Below, piece after piece: positions 13,690 through 27,139 of a stretch of DNA of 64,000 nucleotides. The stretch is from positions 26,226,001 through 26,290,000 of the forward strand of contig NW_025963791.1 in assembly GCF_023055435.1 (NCBI RefSeq). Reading direction: 5' to 3'. The notes under the pieces were generated by a model. The model did no database searches and was not told the origin of the DNA. It worked only from the letters and a program-made list of their open reading frames with translations. How positions within the stretch are numbered: the first letter of the stretch is position 1; the number at the start of each line of letters is the position of its first letter. The position numbers and the translations under genes are program-made. This stretch comes from Haliotis rufescens (Eukaryota).

Positions 13690-14668
13690 ATAACGAGGCG
13701 GAAAGTCCTTTATTGCCACACACGTTATTGTATACGGGTATATTACGTGTATTTCAAAATATCTGGGAAAAGTGAAACCTGGAGATATATCTGATTAAAT
13801 ATTAAAATAAGGGGTCGAAGAAACATGGTGGTACAATACGAAATTTGCTATCCACATGAAGAACAACTTGTTTAATCATCGCACAGAATTGAGTTCATAA
13901 TATCCGAGGTTTGTTATACACTAGATGTTGTTTTATTTTCCAGAAATAAACTCACTCTGCAACAGTATTGTGTGTCACGTTTAGGTTATCTGTACATAGC
14001 TATTCATATCATCATTGAATAACACATGGTTACCGAATATATTAGTGTATTTGCTGTCATTGATATCAGTTCTTGTTCCCTTATTATGTTAAGGATATCA
14101 CTAAGATAAGATCTTGTGCTTAGAAGCGACTTTACCTCTGTGTATTTGCGACATGTTATGACTTAGCTAATGAAATATGTGCCCAGGCTAATAGGCTAGG
14201 AGAGCATCACTGTGAATCACTTTACCATAATACATTGTATTTATTATTAAGATATTAACATTTGAGATTGTGATGTTCTTGTGAATGAGAGAAACTTTAT
14301 CACCAAGATAATGGTCAAGTAATCATGTTGAAGCCTCAGTTATTACGCATCTAAAATATGAAACGGTATGGCTTTAACATGATATCTCCACGTAAAATAT
14401 ATCAGGAGGTAGTCGCACTTAACGTTTGAATTTGTCATTTTCCAGACAATAAAATATGTGACATTCAACATTGGAGCTTTCTTTCATCACCCGAGATCAC
14501 ACACACATACTTGAATTAAGATACAGATAATATGATATTTGACTTTATAGCATATCAGTGAAATCACACTTTAACTGTCTAAACAACAGTTACAGTTTTT
14601 CAATATAAAAAAACCCAGCACGATTGTTTCAATCTGTATGTATGTATGGATGTTCTATACCATATTTG

Positions 14669-14881
14669 GGGGCGGTGGGGTAGCCTAGTGATGAAAGCGT
14701 TCGGTCGTCACGCCGAAGACCTGGGTTCGATTCCCGACATGGGTACAATGTGTGAAGCCCATTTCTTGTGTCCCCCGCCGTAATATTGCTGAAACATTGC
14801 TAAAAGCGGCGTGAAATCACACTCACTCACTCACTCACTCACTCACTCACTCACTCACTCACTCACTCACTCACTCACTCA
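14669..14881 (+). mobile_element. Short tRNA-derived SINE, family B
   Basis: gtagcctagtg A box, gggttcgattccc B box, shared 3' tail and a long (CACT)n run. Confidence 0.85.
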
Positions 14882-14921
14882 CATTTGGTTTCATTAGTGT
14901 TAAAACCTCATAGCTGCCTAA

Positions 14922-15186
14922 GGGGGCACGGGTCTAAGGCGCCGCGATTCGCTGTGCAGAGTTGCGTCACTTGGACACGCCAGAAACCTATGATTGTGGG
15001 TTCGAATCCCGGTTCGCCCAAATTATGTTTCTAGGTTTGTCAGCACCATACCCGTGCTCGTGGGTTTCAACGAAGTGGTAAACGTCTGAGACCTGCATCA
15101 CTTCGGCCTTTCCTCCCACATGAAGCTGACACGCCGTGATATAACTGGAATACTGTTAAAAGCGGCGTTAAACCCAACTCACTCAT
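14922..15186 (+). mobile_element. SINE family A
   Basis: Near-identical to 10553-10840 with a short 5' deletion; TSD atagctgcctaa. Confidence 0.88.
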
Positions 15187-15244
15187 ATAGCTGCCTAACC
15201 TTTTTGGAAATTGAAAGGGCATCACAGAGAGATATTAAGCATTC

Positions 15245-15396
15245 AAGTACTAAGTGGTAATGTAAATGATTGTGCGACTGACATTATCACTGAATGCTGA
15301 TACGTTGTTGGCGTGATAGTGTTCAGATATGAATAATTCAACTACCTAACGTTCGAACTGGCAAGCTGCAAGTCGGGCAGAGCGCAGTAGAATAAG
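15245..15396 (+). promoter_or_regulatory. Putative promoter / non-coding first exon of GPCR copy 3
   Basis: Paralogous to 8050-8206; ends agaataag|gtaag (donor at 15397). Confidence 0.45.
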
Positions 15397-16531
15397 GTAA
15401 GAAAGCTAAGAGTTTTGTATATAGAAGTTTTGGTTCATTTGAATTAACTTTCATAGAGTATAACATTGTCAAAGACACCCCTCTTGTTGTATTTTATGTT
15501 ATAATGATCAGCTTTGGGCGTCTACACGCGTTGAGCAATGACGACTAAAACACATGGCTGTTATTCCGATCGGTCGAATATATAGTTAAGAATGATAAAA
15601 GTTTGGTCTATCGATCAGAAGTGTATAGTCAATCATTTTCAGCGGATCAGCATCTGGATAATAAAAGTCTTAAAACAGAGCATTCCAATATTTTCAAGTA
15701 GGGGTTTAAGACAAAAAACGATAGTGTTTCGATGGCAGCACTGTTTTAAGTAATTAAGCTATTATATATACGTGCTTTGCTAAACTGTTGTAACATATTG
15801 ATGACTATGTGGAAAAGTTGCATGTTGGAAGGTAATTTTAAAACATGTCCCACAATCAATTTATTTAATTATGAAGTAAAACTGAGAAGGGGCTGATTCC
15901 AGTTATGGTTCACAACCTTCTCCACATTGCGTTTCTTAAATAATTGATAAATCTCTTGTTCTTTGGAACCCTGGATGGTGAGTGAATGTGTGCATTTCAT
16001 ACAGGACATGCTTTTGATCCCGAACATAAGCATAATGAAATGTAAACTAAATAGAATTATAAAATTCGCTGCTCTGTAATACCATAACACACTTTGACAC
16101 TTGCAATTGCAAAAAGTATTTTGAGAAATCAAACTCTCTACATTATGACTATTTTATGACAATCTGACCTTTCTAAGGTTAAATATAACGTAACAATCCT
16201 TTAGCTCAAATACATGCCATCGGATCATTGATAAAACAGTGTTTCGTTTGATTACATAATGGTCTACTGGAAAAGTGTCATGTGTCATGTCTTCTATCCA
16301 GAGTGGTACCAAACATCGTTATTAGGAACGTATAAATGATGGCTATTTTGATCTTGTCCTTGTCTGAATTGGTTGTTTTTTTAGATTCCATATTCATGAA
16401 CAGGAAAAGTGTCACGTGTGACGTTCAGATTGGCGACACACACCGTTATTAAGAATCCATAAACGATGGCCATTTTAATCTTTTCCTTGGCTTAATTGGA
16501 TGTTTGTTGTTTTAGATTCCAGACAACAAGG

Positions 16532-19500
16532 ATGAAGTTTCATTTCTACATCACCTTGTGTAGTTTTGTCTTTACAAACACCCAAATGACAAGCTATGAC
16601 TCATCTGACGACGTGTTTGGTTCCTACCTCAACGACCTATTGACCTCTGTGAAAGATGAGTCTTTGAACGGAGTTCTTAATACGACTACAGGCATGTCCA
16701 TTCTCCACTGCAACGTATTCTGCAACGGTACAACAGTCACAAATGTCGTTGACCGCGCGTGCTTTTCCTTCCCAATCTGCAAAACATGTCGCTGTGATGC
16801 TGACTGTAAAGAATATGGCGACTGTTGTCCAGACGAAAGGTTGAATGTGACGATGGAAAGGGAAAACAGGCATGTTTGTGTCAGTGGAACAAATAAAACA
16901 TATTTCTTCACTGGTCCCCATACTGGATACTACATAATAACCACATGTCCGGAAGAGTTCAATCTCCAAATGCCGTCTGTTTCTCAAATATCAGCAGATG
17001 ACCTCACTCCAGTGACATCGATCACAACAAATATCACCTACTTGAATGAAGTGATCGCCGAATGTCATGACGATAACATTACCATCAGATGGGTAAAGGA
17101 AAATGTATGTCATAAGAAGAGAAACTCATCTCATTCAAACGGCAATGAAAGCTCAACAGATTGTTTAGCATCTATTCATCCTCCATCTGATATTCTACCT
17201 AGACCGTGTGACACTGATTTCGCTGATCAACAGTACGTAGACTCGTGCAACAAGACAGGGTTATGGGATGGTTCTTTCTCTGACATAACCGAGGAACAAT
17301 GTAGGCTTGGATTCTATTACCCAGTGGCTGGGGGAACGTACTTGTTCAAGAATATCTTCTGTTATATGTGCAATGGACTGTCAACACCTATTGTAAACTG
17401 CGGAAGATCATACCTCAATTTTATTTCTATCAGCACACTTGTTTGTACAAACTGTGAACGGCGAAAGTGTAAGGCAAAAGAATGGCATGACTGGATCAAG
17501 GTAAGATATATAATTATCACGTACAAGCAACGTAGAGGCAATATCAAGGTTTTGAAATGATCACCATATCTAGGTGCTGATATGACTGGGTCACGATGAG
17601 TAATACAACTAACAACAAAGGTAGTGGTATCACCATATCTAGGTGCTGATATGACTGGGTCACGATGAGTAATACAACTTACAACAAAGGTAGTGGTATC
17701 ACCATATCTAGGTGCTGATATGACTGGGTCACGATGAGAAATGCAACTTACAACAAAGGTAGTGGTATGACCATATCTAGGTGCTGATATGACTGGGTCA
17801 CGATGAGTAATACAACTTACAACAAAGGTAGTATCACATTATCTTGGCGCTGCTGTGACTGGGTCTCGATGAGTGGTGTGGCCATATCTAGGTGCTGGTA
17901 TGATTTGATTATGATTGGTAGTACGACCATATCCAGGAGCTGGTATGACCTTCCAGTAGTTTGTATATCTTCCAGCTATGTTTATGGTATCAATAATGGT
18001 GGTTACAAGATCACGATGAGTGCTGTGGTGGCTGGGCAACAGTGGAAATTTCAAAATTTAAAGTAAAATGGTGGATGATTACCCTTTTTCCTTTCAATCA
18101 TATACAAGTTGTGGACTTCTTGCATGGTCTAAAACATAAGTACGAGCAATATGAGCGAAAAGGGCTAGTGCTTCAAACTTTCAAGAGATCGTAGTATGCC
18201 TAATCTACCTATGGACAAGTCCGTGCACTAAGACTACTTTTTAACATGTGTTTGTACTGTCCTGATGTACAATGACAATTAGCTTGAGTCAAAGATTTGC
18301 GCATTAAAACGGTCTCTCAAATCATCAGCATTTTTTACATATTTTAACTTAACGTATACATACATACTGTGTTGATAAACAAAGCGGTCATTAATAAACT
18401 TTTCTTATTCTGTGAGCCACACGTGCTCCTATCATCGTTGGTTCTTTGCTGAAATTATGCATCACTGCTAACATTCTGCTATGTAACTCTCCAAAGGCTA
18501 CTGGTTTAATATTATTCAAAATATATATTTCGGCTTGAGGCCATAGAATTGATATTATTCCAATTATTCAAAGGACTTTGTGTGGACAGAAGCATTACTC
18601 TCTTAAATATGCGAGTTATGACCCTCGGCTGGTAGTTACATGATAATGTTACAGAAGTCACTGAAGGTAGGAAACAATGATATTCCTTTGTAATCGAGTT
18701 CGTTTTATTATTTTTACTCTTGATTATCAATCATTGTCAGTGGCAAAGTTGGAATTAGAATAATATTATATTATTCACCTTAAGGACTAAAATTCTGTGG
18801 TGGTGTTTCACATACGCAATTTACAGTGTTTTGTTTTTCACACTAACCTATGTCTAATATTTGAAGCCAATGGATTAAATGTTGAAGAAATCGATAATAT
18901 TCTAAACATTGTGTTTTGTCTTGACTTTTCCAGAACGAGTGCCGTGCCATGTTCTGTCGCTCGGGGTACGATCTCAAGGGTGAAAAATGTCAATTAACAG
19001 CTGCCGGATTGTCCAGAGTTGAGTACCAGTTGGCACTCCAGTTTTGGCCAACTGAAAAAACCACATATGACCCAAGACTGCAGGACTGGAAATTCATAGA
19101 GTCATTGGTTGTCTATAACATACCATCAGTTGCAGAGGAGTACAATATGACCTATTATATGTTTTCTGTTGAAAAGCCTGTGTACACTGACATTGCCAAT
19201 AGTTCCAGATTTGTCCATGTGCCATCCTTTGGACTGACATTGACGTTCAGGACAAACCAAACCTGTTGTCGGGATACATATGAAGAAACTATACTGGCGT
19301 TATTGGAGGATAATTGGTCGATGGAGTATAATGGTTCGGAGTTTCAGTTCACGCCGTCTAAGGATGATCTTTATACTTTTTCAAAGAGACAGTTATACAC
19401 GATGCATCCCCCGTACACCAATCCACAGAAAGCCGAGATGTTCGACAGCCTTACGTCGGAGTATGTTGAAACGCCCGAAGATTATGTTTACTATCCTTCT

Positions 19501-20532
19501 GTTTTGCCACATTGTTCGTATGTGTACCTCTCCGTGAATGAATTTAACTGGAACACTGATGCGACTATCACTCTTCAGTATGTGGGTATAACAATTCAGT
19601 TCGATAAATTCATTAAAATGGACGAAGAAAATATAATTTTATGCGTGGACACAATGAAAGAGTTGTATTCAAACTACCAAGATCCAGTCAAACTGGCTGA
19701 ACATATTTTAACTCTAGTCTTCTCCATTTTATCTATGATCTGTTTGGCCTTGACCTTCATCACCTACTGCACATTCCCTTCCCTTCTCACCCTGCCCACG
19801 AAGAATACGATGTGTCTGGTCGGGTTTCTCTTCTTGGCTCAGTTGCTGCTTCTGTTTAAGCAACTGGCCATCCGGGATGAAACTGCTTGCAAAATAATTG
19901 GAATTCTCATACATTACTTGTGGCTCACAGTTATATTGTGGATGAACGTCTGTTCCTATCACATGTTCCATGTCTTCGTCGTCGATGCTGGAAAACCGAT
20001 GGGTACCCAAAGTCGTCTTCTGAAATACTCCCTCTATGCCAATGGATTGTCTCTGATCATTGTTCTCATTACCATATTTTCAAATCTCGGCGTTTCTTCA
20101 GGAAGCCATATCGGCTATGGTGTAACCACGTGCTACCTGAATTCGTCACTTCTTGTCGGTGTTGCTTTCGTGGCTCCTCTAGGTATCGTTCTCCTCTTGA
20201 ACATCATATTCTTCAGCGTCAGTGTGTGGACGATGGCCAAGATCAACAAAATGAGCGCAAGTATTGGGGCTGAGAAGAGTCAGGTGCACATCTACATTAA
20301 ATTATCCACACTGACAGGGATCTTTTGGATCCTGGCAATCCTCGGTGATGTTCTCCAGCAGCAAGTCCTCATCTTCATCTCCATCGTCCTGAACGCCGGT
20401 CAAGGGATTTTCATCTTCATCTCCTATGTTGCCAACAAAAGGGTTCTTCAACTGTGGAGAGGAAAAATTAACAAATACAAACCTACTGCTAACAGTCAAT
20501 CGTCTGATCAGACGATGACTACTCAGTTGTGA
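16532..20532 (+). CDS. SMB-domain Methuselah-like/secretin-class GPCR, tandem copy 3 (exons 16532-17500, 18934-20532; ~855 aa)
   Basis: Same architecture as copy 2. Donor aag|gtaaga at 17501, acceptor ttccag at 18933, phase 0, intact 7TM region. Confidence 0.9.
17558..17950. repeat. 69-bp tandem repeat (4 copies plus degenerate ones) in the intron of GPCR copy 3
   Basis: tcaccatatctaggtgctgatatgactgggtcacgatgag... recurs at 17561, 17630, 17699 and 17768. Confidence 0.9.
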
Positions 20533-20615
20533 ATAACGAGGGGAGATTCTCTGAGACCCGAGATGTATGTATCGGCACTAATTAGAGTTTGTGTAGTTTA
20601 CTGAAGTGAAGAAGA

Positions 20616-20830
20616 GGTGAGGTCAGGTGAGGTAAGGTGAGTTTAGGTGAGGTCATATGAAATGTGGTTTAACGTCGCGCCCAAGATTAATGCACTTATA
20701 TAGCGACGTGCATGCACGTGTGTGTGTGTGTGTGTGTGGGTGGGTGGGGTGGGGGGGGGGGGGGGGGGGGGGGGTGTTGGGGGTGGGTCAGCTTGTTTTA
20801 GTCCGGACTGATGCCGATTTATAGTGCTTC
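20616..20830 (-). mobile_element. 3' fragment of SINE family C, interrupted by (GT)n and poly-G
   Basis: Reverse complement of the tail seen at 41800-41929 (gaggtgagg...tttaacgtcgcg...gtccggactgatgccgatttatagtgc). Confidence 0.75.
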
Positions 20831-20869
20831 TTTTAATAGAAATTGGTATAGTCTACTTATGTAGACTTA

Positions 20870-21180
20870 TGTGTCCCCTGCCTTGTCGTTTGAGGTGTCC
20901 TCTGCCTTGTCGTTTGAGGTGTCCTCTGCCTTGTTGTTTGAGATGTCATCTGCCTTGTCGTTTGAGGTGATCTCTGCCTTGTCGTTTGAGGTGTCCTCTG
21001 CCTTGTCGTTTGAGGTGTCCTCTGCCTTGCCGTTTGAGGTGTTCTCTGCCTTGTCGTTTGAGGTGTCCTCTACTTTGTCGTTTGTAGTGTCCTCTGTCTT
21101 GTCGTTTGAGGTGTCCTCTGCCTTGTCATTTCAGGTGTCCTCTGTCTTGTCTTTTGAGGTGTCCCTGCCTTGTGGTTTGA
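20870..21180. repeat. 24-bp minisatellite (~13 copies)
   Basis: Unit gtgtcctctgccttgtcgtttgag. Confidence 0.92.
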
Positions 21181-23389
21181 GAATGTCTGACGTTAAAAAG
21201 AGGCGTTAAATCAATAATCAAAGTGTGTAAGAAGTCACGGAGACAAGAAAAGAAACTATCCAAACTATTGACTGTCACCCTGTTGGTAACCAGGGACGCT
21301 TCAATAGGGCCGTGGTGGGTCGCTAGGTGAGAGTGTCCCACAGATTTCCCCCTGTTATTATAAGGGTTTGATTGATTGTCGCGTTAACGCTCCCCGCACA
21401 AGGAACATAAATACGGGTGACGGTGAAGGGCGGATCGTTGTCAGTGTCAGGCAAAAGGTGACATTTTAGGATTCATGCTTCGTGTTGGGACGTTTGTAAA
21501 GCGGGTAAGTTGATATATTGCATGTATGTATAGACGAAATGTAAATGGATAAAATGTTCTCGTGTTTGCATTTTATATCAGTATATTAGGAAATCCTCAT
21601 GATTAAACTAATGGAATATATTTTAAATGAGGTTAACATATCCTGTATTAATATCCCATTTTACCTTACAACTGTTTCTCCAGCAAGAGTATGGTCTTGC
21701 AAAATGAATTGTTTGAACATATATTCCTGTGTACCATTTGATTTTATGTATGCATGAATGTATTTTGTAACATTTCAGGATTTGCTTTGACATAGTTGTA
21801 CATCTGATAGTGATGTTTGTGAATATTGTATATGTATGTGATAATGAAAACGTTGATTAGATAAGACTTTTTTTAATACTGAATAGTATAATCACCTCTC
21901 TCCGATGAAGAGAAGGATTTACTCGTAAATGTCATATATCACAGCTCGTGTTCCATATACTCGTAAATATATATTGTTATACGTTGTCTGCCTCTCATGT
22001 GATAAAGGTAATTATTTTACAAGTTCTTATTTACTTCATTTCCTATCTATGTTGTTCTCTTGATAATCCGTTGTTGACTCAGAAAAAATGGTATAAAGTC
22101 CACGTGATTATTTCGTGGACGATTTCTTGTAACTGGTGGTTAATTGCCAACAATGGATGACCACTAAGGAAAACCATATATATCAGTGTTCCAGCTGGGC
22201 GTGTGTCCTTATATCGCGTAGATGTACATGACAGACAGACATTCTTTATTTCCTCCAATAATTGAAGAGTACATATGACAGTAAGTTAGGTCAAATCATG
22301 GATGACCTGTAGTGAACAAAACGCAGATAACAAAATCGACCACAGGGTTGTCTTTACAGGAATGTCTATTATAGCATACATGCATCGTGGCAGAACAGAT
22401 ACTCCCTATTGTGGACCAGAGTATAAAACCGTAGTCACTCACTCACTTTAAGAGGGCTTTCTGATATTTGCGCATGTGCATTTAGCGCATCTGAATGCTG
22501 TTGACGACCTCACAAATTGATGACATCACGATTATACGAAAAATAGCGAGGGCGGATAAGTCTTAATTCCTCGCGCCTCGTTGGTATTTCTCTACTTACT
22601 TACTTACACACTTATTCACCCTGCGTAGAGGGAACATCGTCCACACCAGTTATAGAGGTGAAGCTAAACCCCAATGATGTCCCTTTCGCACACATACACA
22701 CACTCGCACTCATCCGACCAACCAATCACTCTCACTCACTCACTCCACTCACGCGACAGACTGACCACGCAACGAACCAAAAAAACGCACAACCAACCTC
22801 ATGATGTTCCTGTCCCGGGAAACCCAAACACGTCAGTCAACATGGGACTCAGGAGGGCTTAGCTTGCAGACAGGGAAGAAATGTCTAATTGAATCCGTCG
22901 GTGGTATGAAATACGAGGGGATTCAGTAATGTAATGTCCATGTACTTATCCAAACACTGTTTGTGTGGACATCCAGGCGCAATTATCACCTGTTACTCGG
23001 AATGATCTACACATTTGAGAAATTTAAGAAACCCAACATTTTCAGTGACACATGGATATTTGGGACAGCAGTCCGTGCATATGTGTCAATGTGTGCATGC
23101 GTGTATATGTCTGTCGAGCCCGTACATGGCCCAGGCTATACATTTATTCAGGTGTTAACCAATTACATTCCACAGACCAAGCTCCTACAGCTCGACACAA
23201 AACGTCCTCATTTCTACAGCAGTTCAAACGACAGATAATCCACAAAATTGAGCTATTAGTTTCTTGAAACTTTGCTGACAGCAAATACACGTATACAACC
23301 GGAATCATGAGTTATTCAATGATGGTATGAATAGCTAGGTACAGATAACCTCAATGCCACACACAATACTGTTGTAGAGTGAGCGACGC

Positions 23390-23447
<58 letters not shown>
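23390..23447. repeat. (CT)n microsatellite
   Basis: Read directly from the sequence. Confidence 0.9.
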
Positions 23448-23449
<2 letters not shown>

Positions 23450-24355
23450 AACGTCTGAGAATACGATATATGTAACAGGAATCGCTAACTGATTTGACAA
23501 TCTTTATTACTTTATTACTGTCAGCGACCTTACATATCTGATTGAATATTATAATGAGAACTTGTTGAAAGAATCAACATTACCAGAAACAGATGTTCTC
23601 TGTAATAAGTTAAGCTCTGTTAGTTAGGTTTTTCTAATGTAAAAAATAAGGATATGAGCCTTGTCTTAGCAATCGCCCCATAAAACTGCAACTTGAGAAG
23701 CAGACATACGTCGATTTCACTCAGGGACCAGATCGCGTGTGTACGTGCTAAGCAAACCTGTAGCTATCTCGCCAGAGAATAGTCAACCGTGGGTCTCTAG
23801 ATTGTTTAAGTAAACCTAGCTTATCGCTCGACAGATCGAAGAAGTGAGTTTCACAAAGATTTTCGATACACCTACAGAGGATCAATGTACTAATTACTGG
23901 ACAAGGCTGTTTGACAGCTATTGCTCTATGTAGAGCTTCTAAATTAGACTTGAAGGCGAAACCATGTGGTTTGAAATTTTACACTAGCATTTGGTTTCAT
24001 TTTGTAAGATAACTTTAGTTATGATAAGTACTGAATGAGCACAGTAAACTGTATTACACAACACTTGAAGTCCGTGTGTGAGAGAACTGGCGTTTACAGA
24101 ACAAGAATGGTGTATAACAATATACCGGGTATACACAATATCACAACGTACAGTAAACAAGTTATTTCAAGGTCCAGGTGACTCAAAGAAACATAATAAA
24201 AGCGCAAGGGGTGTGTTGGGACTGAAGTGAAATTAACAAGTAATTGAGTGAAATAAACGGGTTGAATATAAACAATAGCTTTCACTAAGCTCGTGGGTTG
24301 GAGATAAACAAAGGTTTTAGGTAAATGGAATGTGATAAACAATAGTTAGAAATGA

Positions 24356-24636
24356 GTGAGTGAGTGAGTTGGGTTTAACGCCGCTTTTAACAGTATTCCA
24401 GTTATATCGCGGCGTGTCAGCTTAATGTGGGAGGAAAGCCCGAAGTGATGCAGGTCTCAGACGTTTACCACTTCGGTGAAACCCACGAGCACGGGTATGG
24501 TGCTGACAAACCTAGCAACATAATCGGGGCGAACCGGGATTCGAACCCACAATCATAGGTTCCTGGCGTGCCCAGGTGACGCAACTCTGCACAGCGAATC
24601 ACGGCGCCTTAGACGACTGGGCCACCCGTGCCCCCC
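24356..24636 (-). mobile_element. SINE family A
   Basis: Reverse complement of family A; imperfect TSD tagtt(a/t)gaaatga. Confidence 0.88.
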
Positions 24637-25931
24637 TAGTTTGAAATGAAAAGGCATAAGATAAACAGGTTTGAGATACAGAATCTGTCTTTACAACAAC
24701 TAATAGCTCTGTGAATGTAACTGCTATAGACAATGCTGTATTCCATTACAATATTTTAGGGGGATACTCATCCATATAGACATAAGACGTCAACACCAGA
24801 GAAGAACCAGTCTCGATTATCCAACGAAGCAGATTCCATTGAGCATAAAAGGGAGTTCGCAAAAAGGGTCAGCATGTCCTGCCCATACCACCATTGTTCT
24901 ATTCAAGTATACTATGTTACTGTTTCATGCCATGACACTGACAAAACGCTATGAGGCGATCTTCAATCTGTTTTGTTGAACACCACGTTCAATGTTACAC
25001 ATAGGCGGTCGGGAGGTGTAACGTTAAGACTGATAGCAGTTGGCACAATATTATCAGGTCTTGTTCCACTGGCGTTAGTGGATGTAATATACGTTACACT
25101 AGCATAAATTAATTTGACTTGTCAAAAATCAATTAATAATGATATAAATGACACAACCCTACCACAATATTAGATGGCATTAAAAATTTCACATGTAAGT
25201 ATTTTCATCGGGCGAGTCCAGTGAGAATACATTTCACAACGCAATAAACATATAAAAAATATTAACTTGCCATGTCAACTTTGAATAAAAATGCGACACC
25301 ATATTAAACTCTCCTTCAGTAATATATATATTGGTAAATTTTCCCTCACGTCATTGTGACATTAGCTCAGCATACAATAGATACACACTGATGTATTCCG
25401 CTTGCGTTGTGCTTACAGGCAAAGGAATTCACCGCATGTAGTTTACTCACTGCACGAAATGTCCAACATGATGTATGGTAGGGTAGATAGTGAATAGGCA
25501 TAGCCTATCAAATGAAGGATCTAGTGGAACGGAACCAAGTGCTATGACAGTAGGTATTGTATATTTCTTTCTTATACTCCAGCTGTTGACATGAGTATTG
25601 TTTTCTGCCCCGTATCGAGTAAATACACACGCGAGATTTTAAATGCATGCTCAGATAATACCCCACAGAAGGTCAACTGGTCAGCGGATTCAATGCGGGT
25701 GTCGGATTTAGTGAGATAGATCTGTTTCAAAGTTTGTTATGGTTGACAAATTACTGCACGCTGCGATAGGAACATTGTTTTGTAGAACGAACAAATCATT
25801 GGGAACCACTTTGAAATGCATTTCTCTGCCTAACTGTAAGGTATAGACTAGACGTGTGTGTTGGGAGGACAGGGCGGATCGCCAGGTAGGTAATAGGATC
25901 ATTTAAAACGTAAGAACACCAGATGTATATA

Positions 25932-26291
25932 GAGAATCTCACCCGAGTGTCTTTTGATATCAACACGAGATTTTTCCCACTTTTATCAACGAGTGTTGAT
26001 ATATTTGATATCAATAGACACGAGGATGAGATTATATTTATCATCCAACATCATTCTTTTTCAGTTTGTAGACAGTAATAAGCAGTGTCTAAAGTGTAAA
26101 ATGTACTGCTAACATCTTTAGTAGTAGAGCCATTAGTGATGTCATTTGATTGTGACGTCATGGTAACAATGACGTCTCAATGGTCTGCAAAGCATTGTGA
26201 TGCAATTTCATTGCAGCGATATCTACAGTGTAGATATCGCTTGATCTCACCGAAGCGATATCTCCTGTGGGAGCGATGTTTTGGATAATAA
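25932..26291. mobile_element. Non-autonomous palindromic dispersed element, copy 1
   Basis: Highly similar to 30257-30622; internal inverted repeats (aatctcacc..gtgtcttttgatatc / gatatc..agacacgagg.tgagatt). Confidence 0.7.
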
Positions 26292-27139
26292 ACTACTTTT
26301 ACATATGCTGTACACCCTTGCCTGAAGTTAAGGCATATTGAACCTGAAACATAAATGGATTTAAAAACAGGAAAGGACAGAATAGCACTGTAAGAGACCA
26401 AATAGTGGTAAAATACGAGTGTATTCTTACTATGAATGACTGAAAAATGTTGTTATGCACTATATCAAGGAAACGCATAATATCACAGTACGAATGTATT
26501 TTAACTAATAATGAATTACAAAAGGATGCTACTATGCATTGTATCAAAAAACACATTATGGTAAAACACGAATGTATTTTAACAATGAGGACAGCATCAA
26601 CAAATGTTACATTTGTGCAATTTTATGAGTCAATATTTGTTTCGCGTTTGTATTGTGTTTGAAATTACTACAGATATGCTTCAGTTATATGACCATAGAA
26701 GTGAAATCGTGCAAGGCCCGTTGGTAACAGATGTCCTTGTGAAACAGACCCGATACGATCACATTAATAACGACTGGGCACCAGTTGAAGGCAAATCGAA
26801 TATCTATGGACAGTTCAAGGTCACTGGCATGATCCAACGACCCATGTTATCTGATGGTGACCTGCCTGTGTTTGATCAAAAGCCCACACTCTGTTCGCTG
26901 TATCAGCAATACATACTAGCCCTTTCATTGACACTGCAACTAAGCTATTTATCTTGCTTCGTATTCAAACTAATCGTGATTTAAGAAGCGGTAGTACACT
27001 CCTTCCTGAAAACAGGGTTTACACTACAAAGGGTTTTCTCCCTTGGTTGGTGAATAACGAGTCAACGATTAGGCCATTTTAAACTCAAACTAGGTACTTA
27101 TATTTAGAGGTAACTGTGTGACACTCTCCAAAGCATACT

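Noticed and set aside
14669-14745. tRNA-like sequences at SINE heads (also 41579, 56071 and others)
   Set aside because: They continue into SINE bodies with tails and TSDs, so they are not functional tRNA genes.
17558-17950. Regularly spaced repeats here and at 36385 and 48630 resembling CRISPR arrays
   Set aside because: Whole units repeat with no unique spacers, there are no cas genes, and the context is eukaryotic.
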